A DNA stretch of 64,000 bases from Octopus sinensis. Its lineage: Eukaryota. The stretch covers positions 34,162,001 through 34,226,000 of the forward strand of contig NC_043005.1 in assembly GCF_006345805.1 (NCBI RefSeq), read 5' to 3'. Position 1 is the stretch's first letter. Each line of letters starts with the position of its first letter. Below the pieces are notes generated by a model that did no database searches, was not told the origin of the DNA, and saw nothing but the letters and a program-made list of their open reading frames with translations. Positions 1 through 11,196 of the stretch are shown here, one piece after another. Position numbers and translations under genes: made by a program.

Positions 1-416
1 GGATGCGATGCTAACAGCTCCATAAAGAAGTGCCAACCTCTCGAGGAAATGGAAGACCCAGGAAGTCATAGTATGAAGTACCTCAGAACGACCTCAGAAC
101 GCTGAACCTTTCAGGTGAAATGACAAAGGACCAATATGCCTGGTGCCTTGCTGTATTCAAGAAGACCTATACCCTGCAACAGAAATGTTAAGTTTGGTCC
201 CTCTGGTAGTCTTAACCTCCCAACCCCTAACTCATGGTAGTGCCACATAAAAGGACCCAAGCAGTGCCACATAAAACCACCTGTACAGAACCATGTAAAA
301 CTGCCTATGTGGAGACACATAAAAGCACCGATGTGGTTCCATGTAAAAGCACTCAGCACACTCTGAAAGGTGGTTGTCATTAGGAAGAGTATCCAACTAT
401 AGAAACCATGCCAAAT
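1..416 (+). mobile_element. RTE-clade LINE 3' end (ORF C-terminus plus 3' UTR), interrupted by a SINE; UTR resumes at 666
   Basis: From 51: GRPRKS*YEVPQNDLRTLNLSGEMTKDQYAWCLAVFKKT, matching the RTE C-terminal pattern GRPRKTW...DL..L.L..EM..DR..W. It is followed by gtgccacataaaag subrepeats and the UTR block repeated at 1655, 21193, 21682, 37225 and 58985. Confidence 0.7.
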
Positions 417-649
417 GAAGGCAGTGAGCTGGCAGAAACGTTAGCACACCAGGCGAAATGCTTAGCGGTATTTCGTCTGCCGTTACATTCTGAGTTCAAA
501 TTCCACTGGGGTCAACTTTGCCTTTCATCCTTTTGGGATTGATAAATTAAGTCCAGTTACGCACTGGGGTCGATGTAATCGACTTAATCCCTTTGTCTGT
601 CCTTGCTTGTCCCCTCTATGTTTAGCCCCTTGTGGGCAATGAAGAGATA
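417..649 (+). mobile_element. tRNA-derived SINE family A, full copy with 16 bp TSD
   Basis: B-box-like GAGTTCAAATTCC. Central GCCTTTCATCC...GATAAA motif resembles Deu/Nin-type domains (from recollection). TSD AGAAACCATGCCAAAT at 401-416 and 650-665. More than 15 related copies lie in the window. Confidence 0.85.
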
Positions 650-1404
650 AGAAACCATGCCAAATCAGACTGGAATTTGGTGCTGCTCCCCAACTTGCTT
701 GCTCTGCTCAAAGCATCCAATCCATGCCAGTATGGACAATGCTATATAAATTAATGGTAAAATATCTCTTTACCTTCACCCATTTAGTACACTAGATAAT
801 GTAATTGCAATGCAATGAAAAAACACTTGTGTATTAATAATTGGGTATTCTACCAGCAGTATATTGGATAGATATTATCCCTTGGTTGGATTCACAACCT
901 CTAACTTTCTTGGAGTTATATATATAAATATACATATATCCGAAATGTACAGTATTATATATCCATCATGGCTGATCTTACCAATCAGTTTTGCGCAAGA
1001 AATACAATGGAGTGTCAGGTAACAATTTGATTATATAACTTTATACTCACCAAAGTTAGCTGATATGGAAGGTAATATCATTGTCATGTAATGACTGTCT
1101 TCCATGTTGACATGGGTTAGATGGTTTGAAAGGGACTGGTAAGCCAGAGGGCTGCCCCAAGCTCTACTGTCTGCTTTGGTATGGATTTTATGGCTGGATA
1201 CTCTTCCTAATGCCATCTATGATCATGTCTTTGTATTTTACCCCCTTCCATCCCATGACTTGGTAGTTTTGCAAAAGAGACCAATAGAATAAGTACCAGG
1301 CTTTTAAAAAATCAGTACTGGGGTTAATTCATTCAAAGGAAAAATGCTTCTATGAGGTGTTCCAGTATGGCTGTCATCTAATGATTGAAACAAAAAAAAG
1401 AAAG

Positions 1405-1417
1405 ATGTATATGTATG

Positions 1418-1449
<32 letters not shown>

Positions 1450-1630
1450 TGTATGTATGTATGTATGTATGTATGTATGTATGTATGCATGTATGTATGG
1501 ATGGATGTGTGTGTATGTATGTATATGTATGTATGTACCTATATGTATGTATGTATGTGTATGTATGTATATGTATGTACATAGATATGCATATGTATAT
1601 GCTTACACATGCATGCATAACATATGTATG
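1405..1630. repeat. (ATGT)n microsatellite, representative of dozens of TA, CA, TACA, TATC, TAA, CAT and GA arrays
   Basis: Directly visible; explains the YVCM/HTYI-type ORFs. Confidence 0.97.
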
Positions 1631-1654
1631 TATTGCCAGTGCCACTAGACTGGC

Positions 1655-1910
1655 TCCTGTGCAGGTGGCACATAAAAAAGCACCATTTGAGTGTGGTCAC
1701 TGCCAGTATCGCCTGACTGGCCCTCGTGCCAGTGGCATGTAAAACCACCCACTACACTCTTGGAGTGGCTGGCATTAGGAAGGGCATCCAGCTGTAGAAA
1801 CTCTACCAAATCAGATTGGAGCCTGGTGCAGCCATCTGGTTCGCCAGTCCCCAGTTAAATCGTCCAACCCATGCTATCATGGAAAGCAGATGTTAAACAA
1901 TGATGATAAT
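1655..1910 (+). mobile_element. RTE LINE 3' UTR fragment (5'-truncated insertion)
   Basis: gtggcacataaaaaagcacc...ggaagggcatccagctgtagaaac...gttaaac then a (GAT)n-like tail. The same block follows RTE ORF ends at 1-416 and 58645-59170. Confidence 0.7.
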
Positions 1911-2701
1911 GATTTCCCTTTTGTTTTGTTTCTCTTCCTTTGTTTTGTTTGTGTTTTCTTTTTGTTTGTAAAATGATAAAAATAGTATTTCAGTATAGGA
2001 ATACAAAGTGAAAAATCAAAATCTGATCTAACTGTGCTTTTTATTTTACACATACAAGGAGATGCATATGCCACTATTGCAGAATGATGTTAATTGATGC
2101 AATATTGTTTATATATAACTTACAGCAATGAACAGCTGGTAATGACATGTTGAAACAACTGTAGTGATATATGTAATAAAGAATGTTCAATCCATTTTGT
2201 CTTATTAATATTTTTGTATGTTTATAAGGTGGTGTGCTGGCAAAATGCTGAGCAGCATTTTGTCTGTCTTTACATCCTGAGTTCAAATTCTGCTGAGGTT
2301 GACCTTGCCTTTCATCCTTTTGTGATTGATAAAATAAGTACCAGTTGAACACTGATGCTGATCTAACTATCTAAACCCTACTCTGAAATTGCTGGCCTTG
2401 TGCCAAAAATTGAAACAAATTGAGCAGCGAGCTGGCAGAATTGTTATCATGCCAGGCAAAATGGGGAGTAACATTTCATCTGTCATCTTGTTCTGAGTTC
2501 AAATTCAAGGTCGACTTTGCCTTTCATCCTCTCAAGATTGATAAAATAAGTACTAGCTGAGCTCTGAGGTTGATGTAGTTGACTTACTCACTCCTCCAAA
2601 CTTGCTGGCCTTGTGCCAAAATTTTGTATGTATATATTTTTATATGTGTGTGTATATATATATACATATATAGGAAAAAAGCAACAAGAATGGATTAAAA
2701 T

Positions 2702-2787
2702 CTCGGTACGATCGTTTCGTACGAGGACATCTTTAATAAGCTACAAAAAATGCAGTGAATACAGATGGCTCGTACTCGTCAGCCAAA
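2702..2787 (-). ncRNA. Type I hammerhead ribozyme, minimal palindromic stem III (left arm)
   Basis: Minus strand reads TTTGG CTGACGA GTACGAG...CTCGTAC GAAA C GATC G TA CCGAG. Core boxes are canonical, stem II is 7 bp, and the cleavage triplet is GUA. Confidence 0.8.
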
Positions 2788-3492
2788 AAAACATCAGAGA
2801 ATTCCCAAACATCAAAAGGGGTAGATACAAAAGAGGTTGTAAGATTAGCTGCATTGAAGAAAGTTCGATTCGTGGAGATCCGATGAAAGGTTTTAAACCT
2901 ATAGAATTTATGCATGTCTACATATAGCTCATATTGGATATTTGATCATGTTGTGTGAAGAAATTTTCGGATACAGTCATGCAAAATTTCTGAAAATCCC
3001 GCTACAATATAAGACTGTCATTTTGCTTCTCATTTGGATTCCCTGATATTTTTCGCATGATTGTACCCTAAATCTCTTCACAAAACTGGATTATGAACTA
3101 TAAGGACATACACATATTTTGTAAGTTCAAGACTTTTTCATCGGATCTCCAAAAAATCGAACTTATCTGCGATTCTTGTAAATGTCAATAACAATCTGTT
3201 CCTCTACACGATATGACAGTCACTTTGCTTTTACTCAGACTTTCCTCTACATGATATGGCAGTCACTTTGCCTCTTACTCGGGTTTTCAGAAATTTTGCA
3301 TGACTGTATCCGAAAATTTCTTCACACAACTTGATCAAATATTCAATATGAGCTATATGTAGACATGCATAAATTCTATAGGTTTAAAACCTTTCATCGG
3401 ATCTCCACGAATCGAACTTTCTTCAATGCAGCTAATCTTACAACCTCTTTTGTATCTACCCCTTTTGATGTTTGGGAATTCTCTGATGTTTT

Positions 3493-3578
3493 TTCGGCTG
3501 ACGAGTACGAGCCATCTGTATTCACTGCATTTTTTGTAGCTTATTAAAGATGTCCTCGTACGAAACGATCGTACCGAG
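3493..3578 (+). ncRNA. Type I hammerhead ribozyme, minimal palindromic stem III (right arm)
   Basis: Stem I TTCGG (3493-3497) pairs with CCGAG (3574-3578). CTGACGA at 3498-3504. Stem II GTACGAG (3505-3511) pairs with CTCGTAC (3555-3561). GAAA at 3562-3565, ACGATCGT palindrome, predicted cleavage after A3573. Confidence 0.85.
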
Positions 3579-3727
3579 ATTTTAATCCATTCTTGTTGCT
3601 TTTTTCCTATTTGTAATCACCCCACTTGTCGTATGGTTAACACCATATAGATTTCCGGTGCATCCTAGTTAAGGACCATATTCAAGTGAATTCTTTAGAA
3701 TTCACTAGAATCTCAATTACTTAACCG

Positions 3728-3734
3728 TATATAC

Positions 3735-3802
<68 letters not shown>

Positions 3803-3828
3803 TATATATAGATATATATATATATATA

Positions 3829-3887
<59 letters not shown>

Positions 3888-3888
3888 G

Positions 3889-3935
<47 letters not shown>

Positions 3936-3937
3936 CA

Positions 3938-3965
<28 letters not shown>
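3728..3965. repeat. (TA)n microsatellite
   Basis: Directly visible. Confidence 0.97.
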
Positions 3966-3969
<4 letters not shown>

Positions 3970-4400
3970 TTGCTGGGGATTGCTGGGAGGGGTAGCACCT
4001 ATGGTCTTTGCAGTTATCCTAGACTGGTGAGATCAATATCATTCATTAATGTTCTTTTAACAAAAGTTTAGGGAAGAAGGACTAAACATAGTAATTAGTG
4101 TAAGGCTTGGACAGGAGGGAGAGTGTTGGAGACAACAAAGATAATGAGAGGAGAAGAGACAAGTGGTTAGGGAAAACCTGAGTGGAGCTCATGACGTGCA
4201 CCCAGACTGTCTCAAGGAGCAGAGGCCATTATAGTAGTGGTAGAAATAGCAGAGGGAGGATGATTGTGGCTAGGAAATCTTTGATCAAGGATGACATGCT
4301 GCAGTAATATTGATATGAAATATTTTGGTGATCAAAACTGTGTAATCTGCATCATGTTTTGGTGGAGAATGTTGCTGGGAAATTGCCATAAGTTTTCATA
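3970..4400 (-). mobile_element. Degenerate CR1-group LINE 3' remnant
   Basis: Minus-strand peptides CYFYHYYNGLCS and TNYYV*SFFP resemble the CR1 C-terminal LFYRYYNG.CS and SFFP.T motifs; frameshifted. Confidence 0.55.
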
Positions 4401-4797
4401 GTTTATAGTGAGTTAGGGCTCCAAACACTAAGTGATCATGTTGTAGTGACGGGTGGGAATAATGATGGCAGCAGTGGAGATGGAATGGTGATAGTGGTGG
4501 TGGTTGTGATGATGATGATGATGGTGGTGGTGATGATGATGATAATGGTGGTGGTAGTGATGGTGATGGTGGTGCTGATTATGTGCCATATCGATCATTA
4601 AATGAACCGTACCTGACATTATTGCTTTTGGTACAGTGAAAAATTTGGTCCAGAGAAAATTGATTTTCCAATTGATTTTATTATAGACATTGTTTTACTT
4701 ACTTCAATACATTACAAGTGTACACACATACACACACCTATATACACACACACACACACACAACACACACATATATACACCCACACCCACACACACC

Positions 4798-4851
<54 letters not shown>

Positions 4852-4986
4852 TATAAGATATATATATATTATGTATAACCCATGCTAGCATGTAAAGTGG
4901 ACGCTAAACGATGATGATGATGACACACACACACACATATATATATATATAATGCAGTTCTATATTTAAATGATGAGGAATTATGT

Positions 4987-5131
4987 GCATTATTTACATT
5001 TGAAGGATATTTCATCTTGTTTCGGATGATATACCCTCCAGCCTTCATCAGTTATCTTGAGGGAAATTTCAAACCTGAGTTCTCATTCCTAAGGTATTTT
5101 TTGATGTTATTATTATTATTATTATTATTAC

Positions 5132-5166
<35 letters not shown>

Positions 5167-5412
5167 TCACTGCCTGGAATCAAACTTGGGATCTTGGCAT
5201 TAGTAGCCCAAGATTCCAAGTTCGATTCCAGGCAGTGTCCTGAATAATGATAATAATAATAATAATAATGATAATAATAATAATAATAATAATAATAACA
5301 TCGAAAAAGACCTTAGGAATGAGAACCCATGTTTGAAATTTCCCCAAGATACCTGATTAAGGCTGGAGGGTATATCAGTGAGGACAAACATCCATCAAAT
5401 GTAAATAATGTA
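4987..5412. mobile_element. Head-to-head inverted pair of an element with a tRNA-like head, (TAA)n and a degenerate hammerhead tail
   Basis: Arms ~4987-5208 (-) and ~5208-5412 (+). B-box GTTCGATTCC at 5220-5229. On the minus strand CTGATGA (5051-5045) is followed by AGGCTG..CATCC and GAAA (5023-5020). The plus copy has CTGATTA at 5353-5359. Confidence 0.8.
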
Positions 5413-5427
5413 AATAATATATATATA

Positions 5428-5673
5428 TTCATCCTTTTACTCTTTTACTTCTTTCAGTCATTTGACTGCAGCCATGCTGAAGCAGTGTTATAGAAATCAA
5501 CCCCAGAACTTATTCTTTATAAGCCTAGTACTTATTCCATCAGTCTATTTTGCCGAACCACTAAGCTATGGCAACGTAAACACACCAACAGTGGTTGTCA
5601 AATGATGGTGTGGGGACTTACACAAACACACAAATACATACATACATACAAACATATATATATACATATACAT

Positions 5674-5757
<84 letters not shown>

Positions 5758-6033
5758 GAAAATTACAGTCTTAAAGATATCGTTAAATTCCATGTATTAA
5801 CAAGAAGAGTGAGATGGAAGGCTCTCTTCGATGATAAATAACAGAGTACAGAAGAGAACTTATCCAATAATACCAACGAGGAACTTACCAAAATTAGAAG
5901 CAATTTTAAATCTAGAAAAGTCCCCCCAGCAAACTGAAAATTAGAAAATTTTGAAGATAGTGTATGGAAACTACTTAAAAATATCAAATTTAAGAAAAAC
6001 CATATATTAAAGTACAAATTCAAAGAGCTTAGT

Positions 6034-6074
<41 letters not shown>

Positions 6075-6245
6075 CATACATGCATACATACGAAGTGCTT
6101 CTTTCAGTTTCCCTCAAATAAATCCACTCACAAGGCTTTGGTCGGACCATGACTATAGAAGATACTTGCCGAAGGTGCCACACAGTGGGACTGAACCTGG
6201 AACCATGTGGTTGGAAAGCAATCACACAGCCACTCCTGCACCTAT
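5428..6245 (-). mobile_element. SINE family B (tRNA head, CORE-like block, internal microsatellite), interrupted by a Penelope fragment
   Basis: Reverse complement of the 54407-55120 family, with GGCACCTTCGGCAAGT CORE-like block and internal (TA)n. Confidence 0.75.
5755..6035 (+). pseudogene. Penelope-like element ORF, N-terminal fragment
   Basis: One frame with 2 stops: KFHVLTRRVRWKALFDDK*...FKSRKVPPAN*KLENFEDSVWKLLKNIKFKK. This matches the PLE N-terminal pattern R.RWKA.F...FKS...PP...L..FE..L..LI.NIKF. Inserted in (TA)n. Confidence 0.75.
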
Positions 6246-6409
6246 AAATATATATACATATATATATATACAAATATATATGTATACATGTATGTATGTG
6301 TGCGTGCATACATGTGTGTATGTGTGTATTTGAGTAGAAATGCAGAAATAATAGAAACATTAGTTGGCTCATATTCCACCAGGGTGATCCCACCAAGGGA
6401 AAATCTGGC

Positions 6410-7035
6410 ATTGTCAGAGGCAGATCCAGCTGGTTTCCTTGAATGTTTCCTAAACCAGGATGAGTGTTAGATTCATCACTTTGAGTCAAAGACAAAGAAG
6501 CAATCAATGTAGTGGGAAACCCTACCTCACCTGTTTCAAAGAAAACCAAGGTTGTTTCATCTGCAGGAAAAGTGATGGACTCTGTTTTTTGGGGGGTATG
6601 TAAAAGGCATTGTGTTTAACTATCTTCGAAAGGGCCACACTGCTGAGGCAGTTATGAAAGGCTATCAAGAACAAACACCAGGAAAACTGACAAAAAGGGC
6701 CTTGTTTCTTCAGCACAATGCTCCAACACACAAGTCCTTGGTTTCAATGGCTGCTCTGCATGACTGTGGCTTTGAACTGGTTGATCAGCCTCCCTATTTT
6801 CCCAATTTGTTCCCATCTGACTATCATTTGTTCCCCAACATAAAAAAACCCCACTTGGCTGGGAACCAGTATTGCAGTGATGAGGACAACATATCTACTG
6901 TTGATGACTTTTTTGACCAACAGGATGACAGCTCCTTCACCAATGAGATCCAAGTACTGCAACACTGATGGAAGGAATGTGTGGACTGCTAGAGGGACTA
7001 TGTTGAAAAGTAAACCTCATTTGGTCACATTCCAA
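6410..7035 (+). mobile_element. Mariner transposase relic, C-terminal part (irritans/Hsmar2-like)
   Basis: ADPAGFLECFLNQDEC, then FLQHNAPTHKS...DQPPYFPNLFPSDYHLFPNIKK (a YSPDLAPSDY variant), with stops and frameshifts. Confidence 0.85.
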
Positions 7036-7079
7036 TAATACCCCACCATATTATAGGCACAGTTAATTTTCCTAATCTA

Positions 7080-7499
7080 TGTGATTGCAGAGATAAAAAT
7101 ACTTGTGAACTCTTGAATAAATGTAAAACTAAAAATGTAATCTACCAATGTGACTTATTCTCCAATAATTACAAGAAAATTTATATAGGAGCAACTAAAA
7201 ATGAAATGAAACTTAGATATAATTCTCATTGCTCAAGTTTCAGAAAGAGAAGTAAGACTAACTCTTCCGTAATAAGTAGTTACATCTAGGAACTGAAAGA
7301 TAATAACATTAATTATAGATTAGGATGGCGTATTCTAGCCAAAACATCTTCATAAAACCTTAAAAATAATCGCTGTAATTTATGCATAAATGAGAAAGTC
7401 TTAATTTTAATGGCCAAATCAGAATTACTTAATAAACGAGACAAGAAAAATATTGCATGTTTACATAGAGATAAATTCTTATTCTGTAAATACTGCTAA
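7080..7499 (+). pseudogene. Penelope-like element GIY-YIG endonuclease domain (ORF C-terminus)
   Basis: Single frame: CDCRDKNTCELLNKCKTKNVIYQC...KIYIGATKNEMKLRYNSH...SSYI*ELK...WRIL...CNLCINEK...LLNKR...CLHRDKF. In-frame stops at 7287 and 7353. Missing from the supplied ORF track. Confidence 0.9.
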
Positions 7500-8247
7500 T
7501 ACCTACATTATAGGTTATTAGCTGACCTGCCTAACATCTGATTACTTACCCTAAACCCCTCCCCCTCAATACAGAGCATAATTTAACATCACATCACAAT
7601 TAAATTAAATCAAATTATCCCAATTAACTGAATTATCTATCTTACATTCTACGATGTACACCAGGACATAAAATATTCTATAATATATTCACTTTAAAGT
7701 TAGATCGCTGACTAACATATCAATTGCTAGGGCAGCCACTGACATAAACATTATTAAATGAGCGATTTAGGTTGTCCTAGCTGACTGTATTGGTTTTTAA
7801 TTATATTAATGAGTAGATAGATAGCACCACACATAGCAACATATTATTTTTATTTATATATTTTATTATTATACCTTTTACATAACCCAAATTTATACAT
7901 TATATCACACTAACATTTTAAAAGCATCCTTAGGTTTTAACAAGGGGATTATGTGTAATCATAGGGACTTATCTAGCAGTCACAAACAGCGTTATATATT
8001 ACAATTAACAACACCAGATATTAATACCAGGTACAACACCTTTGACTAACACTGCCGGTCAACTAGTCATTTCCCCCACTTATTTCTCCATTCATCTAAC
8101 TGAAGAAATGTACACACCCGTGGAATCCAAAAAGGGCACAAAAATGTAAGCCTAAAAACTTAATGAACTTTTTCCTTTTTTCCTTTTCTCCTTTTCCTTT
8201 CCATTTCCCTTTTTCTCCTATCTATATTTCTCCAATAAACTCTAAAT

Positions 8248-8326
8248 CATTCTGATGATGTTTGTTAAATGGAACAAGATAAATGCAAATTTACTTTGAA
8301 ATAACAAACTCAAACAGCAGTAAATG
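8248..8326 (+). ncRNA. Degenerate hammerhead in the presumed pLTR downstream of the Penelope ORF
   Basis: Stem I CATT/AATG. CTGATGA at 8252-8258. Stem II GTTTGTTA (8260-8267) pairs with TAACAAAC (8302-8309). GAAA is replaced by CAAA; stem III ACAGCAGT; GUA at 8320-8322. Confidence 0.6.
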
Positions 8327-8689
8327 TTCTTGAACTACTGTTAAACTATGACCTTTTAATACCATTGATCAACTTGTAATTGTTAATTGTTTCTCCATTT
8401 CTTTTCTTATCTGTATATATACATATATATAAAATTGTTAAAGAGGACAACAAACGTTTTTGTCCTTTTTAACAATTATATATCTGCTATATCGGAAGTC
8501 TGCAATAGCTCCATAATTACTGTTTCGGCTATAACTTTGGAACTTTGGTAATCTGTTACAACACTTACCTAGTGTACCTAATTGTTTAGATCAACTGTGA
8601 ACTAAACTTCCATATTTTGTATATATATATATATTAAAAATGTGAAAGGCTGGTTTATGGCATTACCTTAGGTTTCCTGTCCATGAAGT

Positions 8690-9060
8690 GTTTAGCTTTA
8701 TGGCATATTGTCAGATCCCAAACACCTGTTGGCCCATGACCTCTTAAAATATGGAGGGGCAAATGCCTCACTACTCAAAGTTAACAAGTGGGGATTATCT
8801 CTATTGCTAATGACCATCAACTTCTGGCTGTGCCGCCATCTTACAGGCTCCAAAAGGCTAGCAGGAACTTCCTGAAATGTAAACATGGCCCGAAAATCTC
8901 CGTTCTGGAGATTTTTGAAGTGAAATTTCTGGGTAAAGTGCTGGTTAAGAAGTGCACAATACCCCGAAATAAGGAGACCCTACAGTTCGAATGCTGGAAG
9001 TTATTCAAGACATTTGCCAAAAGATTACTTGAAGTTCAAAGACGTCAACATGTAAATTGG
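8690..9060 (+). mobile_element. Possible highly degenerate CR1-group LINE C-terminal remnant
   Basis: Frameshifted resemblance to WKILEG..PN, RHGR.C and KLFN.LPK motifs (here KI-EGQMP, KHGPK, KLFK-LPK). Confidence 0.35.
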
Positions 9061-11145
9061 CACAGCAGTCTCACATAAGCAGGAGGTCATGTCAAAGTCT
9101 AAAATTGAAGCCATATCATTTCACATGTGTACAGCAATTAAAAGTGGATGACTAGAGCAAACAGGTTTCTGAATAGCAATTACAAGCAGCTAAAATAGCA
9201 CAATGACAATTGCAAACAAAAGGCTGGGTGTTTTTTTTGTGTGTAAATTTATTTCTGTATTTACACAATGCAATGAACTTCAGGGACATGCACATAAATA
9301 GGTAACTAGATACTTAGGCAGATAATTTATACATACATATATATATTTACTTGAGTCTAAGAGACCTTAAGTCAGGGAGAAGATGCACTCATATAACTGT
9401 TGGTATGCACTACACTTTACACATCACTTTATGCATCACATATTACATCACATTACGCATTAAACATTTCACACCACACAGTAATATGTAAAAAAAAACC
9501 CACATAACTTTATCCTTTACATGCACCATGCACCCCACCCCCACAGAGAAACCACACATTTTTATACAATCCTTCTCAACTTCACAATTTCCTTCTGCCA
9601 ACTCAGCAGCAAACTTAATCAAGGGGCATAACTCATAACTGACTCTCCTGGAACATTTTTATCCTACCACCTTTACACAGCAGATGCTGACTGGTCATGC
9701 TCATTTCCACCTCCAGCAGTGGAGAGTGGTCGCCATTTCCCCTCCCATGTTGGCTATTTCTGATGCGCATATATTATATAACTGGTTTGTGGCTTAACAC
9801 TCCATTATATAGTTTCACACAAAACTGATTGGTAAGACCAGCCGTGATGGATAATTAACACTATAAAATTCAGACAATGTGTATATATATATATATATAT
9901 ATATGTAGGGAGAGAGAGAGAGATACATATATGTATATACATACATATATACATACAGTCACACACACATATGTACATATACTTTTGTGTGTGTGTGTGG
10001 TGTATGGGTGTGTATGTGCATGTGTGTGTATGTTTTGCCTGTGTTTGTGTTTATTCCTTTGTCCACCACTCGACAACTGGTGCTGGCTTGTTTACATCTC
10101 TGCAACTTAGTGGTTCAGCAAGAGAGACCAATAAAATAAGCATCAAACTTTAAAAAAAAAAAATCAAATACTGGATTTGATTTGTTCAGCTAAACTCTTC
10201 AAGGCAGTGCCCCAGCCAGGCAGCAGTCCAGTGACTGAAGCAAGTAAAAGATAAAAGATAACAAAATAGATATGTTATTAACAAGGAAATTTCCCCAAGA
10301 TTTAGAGATTGACTGCAATGTTATAGCAAAACTTCAAAATGAAAATAAGCATTAATAGTTTGGTATTTAAATTTCAAGAGTCATATTTGGAACATTTGTG
10401 AGAACAAATTCTGTTCCAATGTAGAATAACCTATAATTGTTCTGAGATGTAGGAATGTTGAAGAAAACAGACTTGCTGTTGCTTTGATGGAACATTGCCA
10501 ACATTTGTTCAACTCATAAATACATTAGTTACTGACTTGTGAACATAGTGCTTAAAGGAGTGCAAGTTCAGTTGTTAAAATATTCACTTCATTATAAATT
10601 TATAAGTTTCAACTTAGTTTCCCTTGAGTCGAGTTACGGAACTAATAAAGCATGAAATAGTTACTTTATTAACTAATATAAAAAATACCGTTTCCATTAT
10701 AGTGTCATCTTTTAATTTGATATTTACAATATTCTATTTGTATTGAGTATGTTTGACTTTTTAATCCTCTTTCTTGTTAGAATGGCTGTTAATTTGGTAA
10801 CAATTGCATGTATTATTGACTACTCTTCTGTTGAAGAATTGAAGAATTCTGGCTTATGTCTGCAACAATATGATGGTGTAGCAGTAAACTCTTAAGGAAT
10901 TCGATCCACAACTGGTTTTAAATCACAACTGGAACTGCTCCATTACTAATGTCCTTGGGAAAGGCACAAATAACTCAACTTCCAAATGACCTTGTTTGTT
11001 CTTCTAGAATTAAAAATAAAATAAAAAAGAATATATGTATGTGTATATATATAATACATATAGTTGTTTTTTCTTGCATTGTGTCTGTGTGTGTGTGCAT
11101 GCATGTATGTGTGTGCATGCATAAGTGTGTATGTGTGCATGTGTG

Positions 11146-11196
<51 letters not shown>

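Larger units (their letters stand above)
2670..3610. mobile_element. Foldback element with ~331 bp near-identical inverted arms, each carrying a hammerhead ribozyme (probably Penelope pLTR-derived)
   Basis: Arms 2670-3001 and 3280-3610 are reverse complements; I saw about 3 mismatches and 1 indel. The spacer is 278 bp. The ORF track shows the same peptide on opposite strands (2733-2915 and 3365-3547). Confidence 0.9.

Noticed and set aside
240-350. Short spaced repeats (gtgccacataaaag) superficially like a CRISPR array; also the 30 bp units at 41391-41480 and ~62 bp units at 37225-37375
   Set aside because: The context is eukaryotic, the units are LINE 3' UTR subrepeats, and there are no unique spacers of constant length or cas genes.
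1304-1748. Overlapping YVCM/HTYI-rich ORFs, and the many similar ones window-wide
   Set aside because: These are translations of (ATGT)n, (TA)n, (CA)n, (TATC)n, (ATT)n and (CAT)n microsatellites.
2733-3547. Twin 60 aa ORFs on opposite strands
   Set aside because: They result from the inverted repeat; the signal is the RNA structure, and the peptide has no recognisable motif.
8433-8477. 18 bp hairpin (AATTGTTAAAGAGGACAA / TTGTCCTTTTTAACAATT)
   Set aside because: The hairpin is real but short, AT-rich and isolated. It is probably a small inversion at the Penelope end; no function is supportable.
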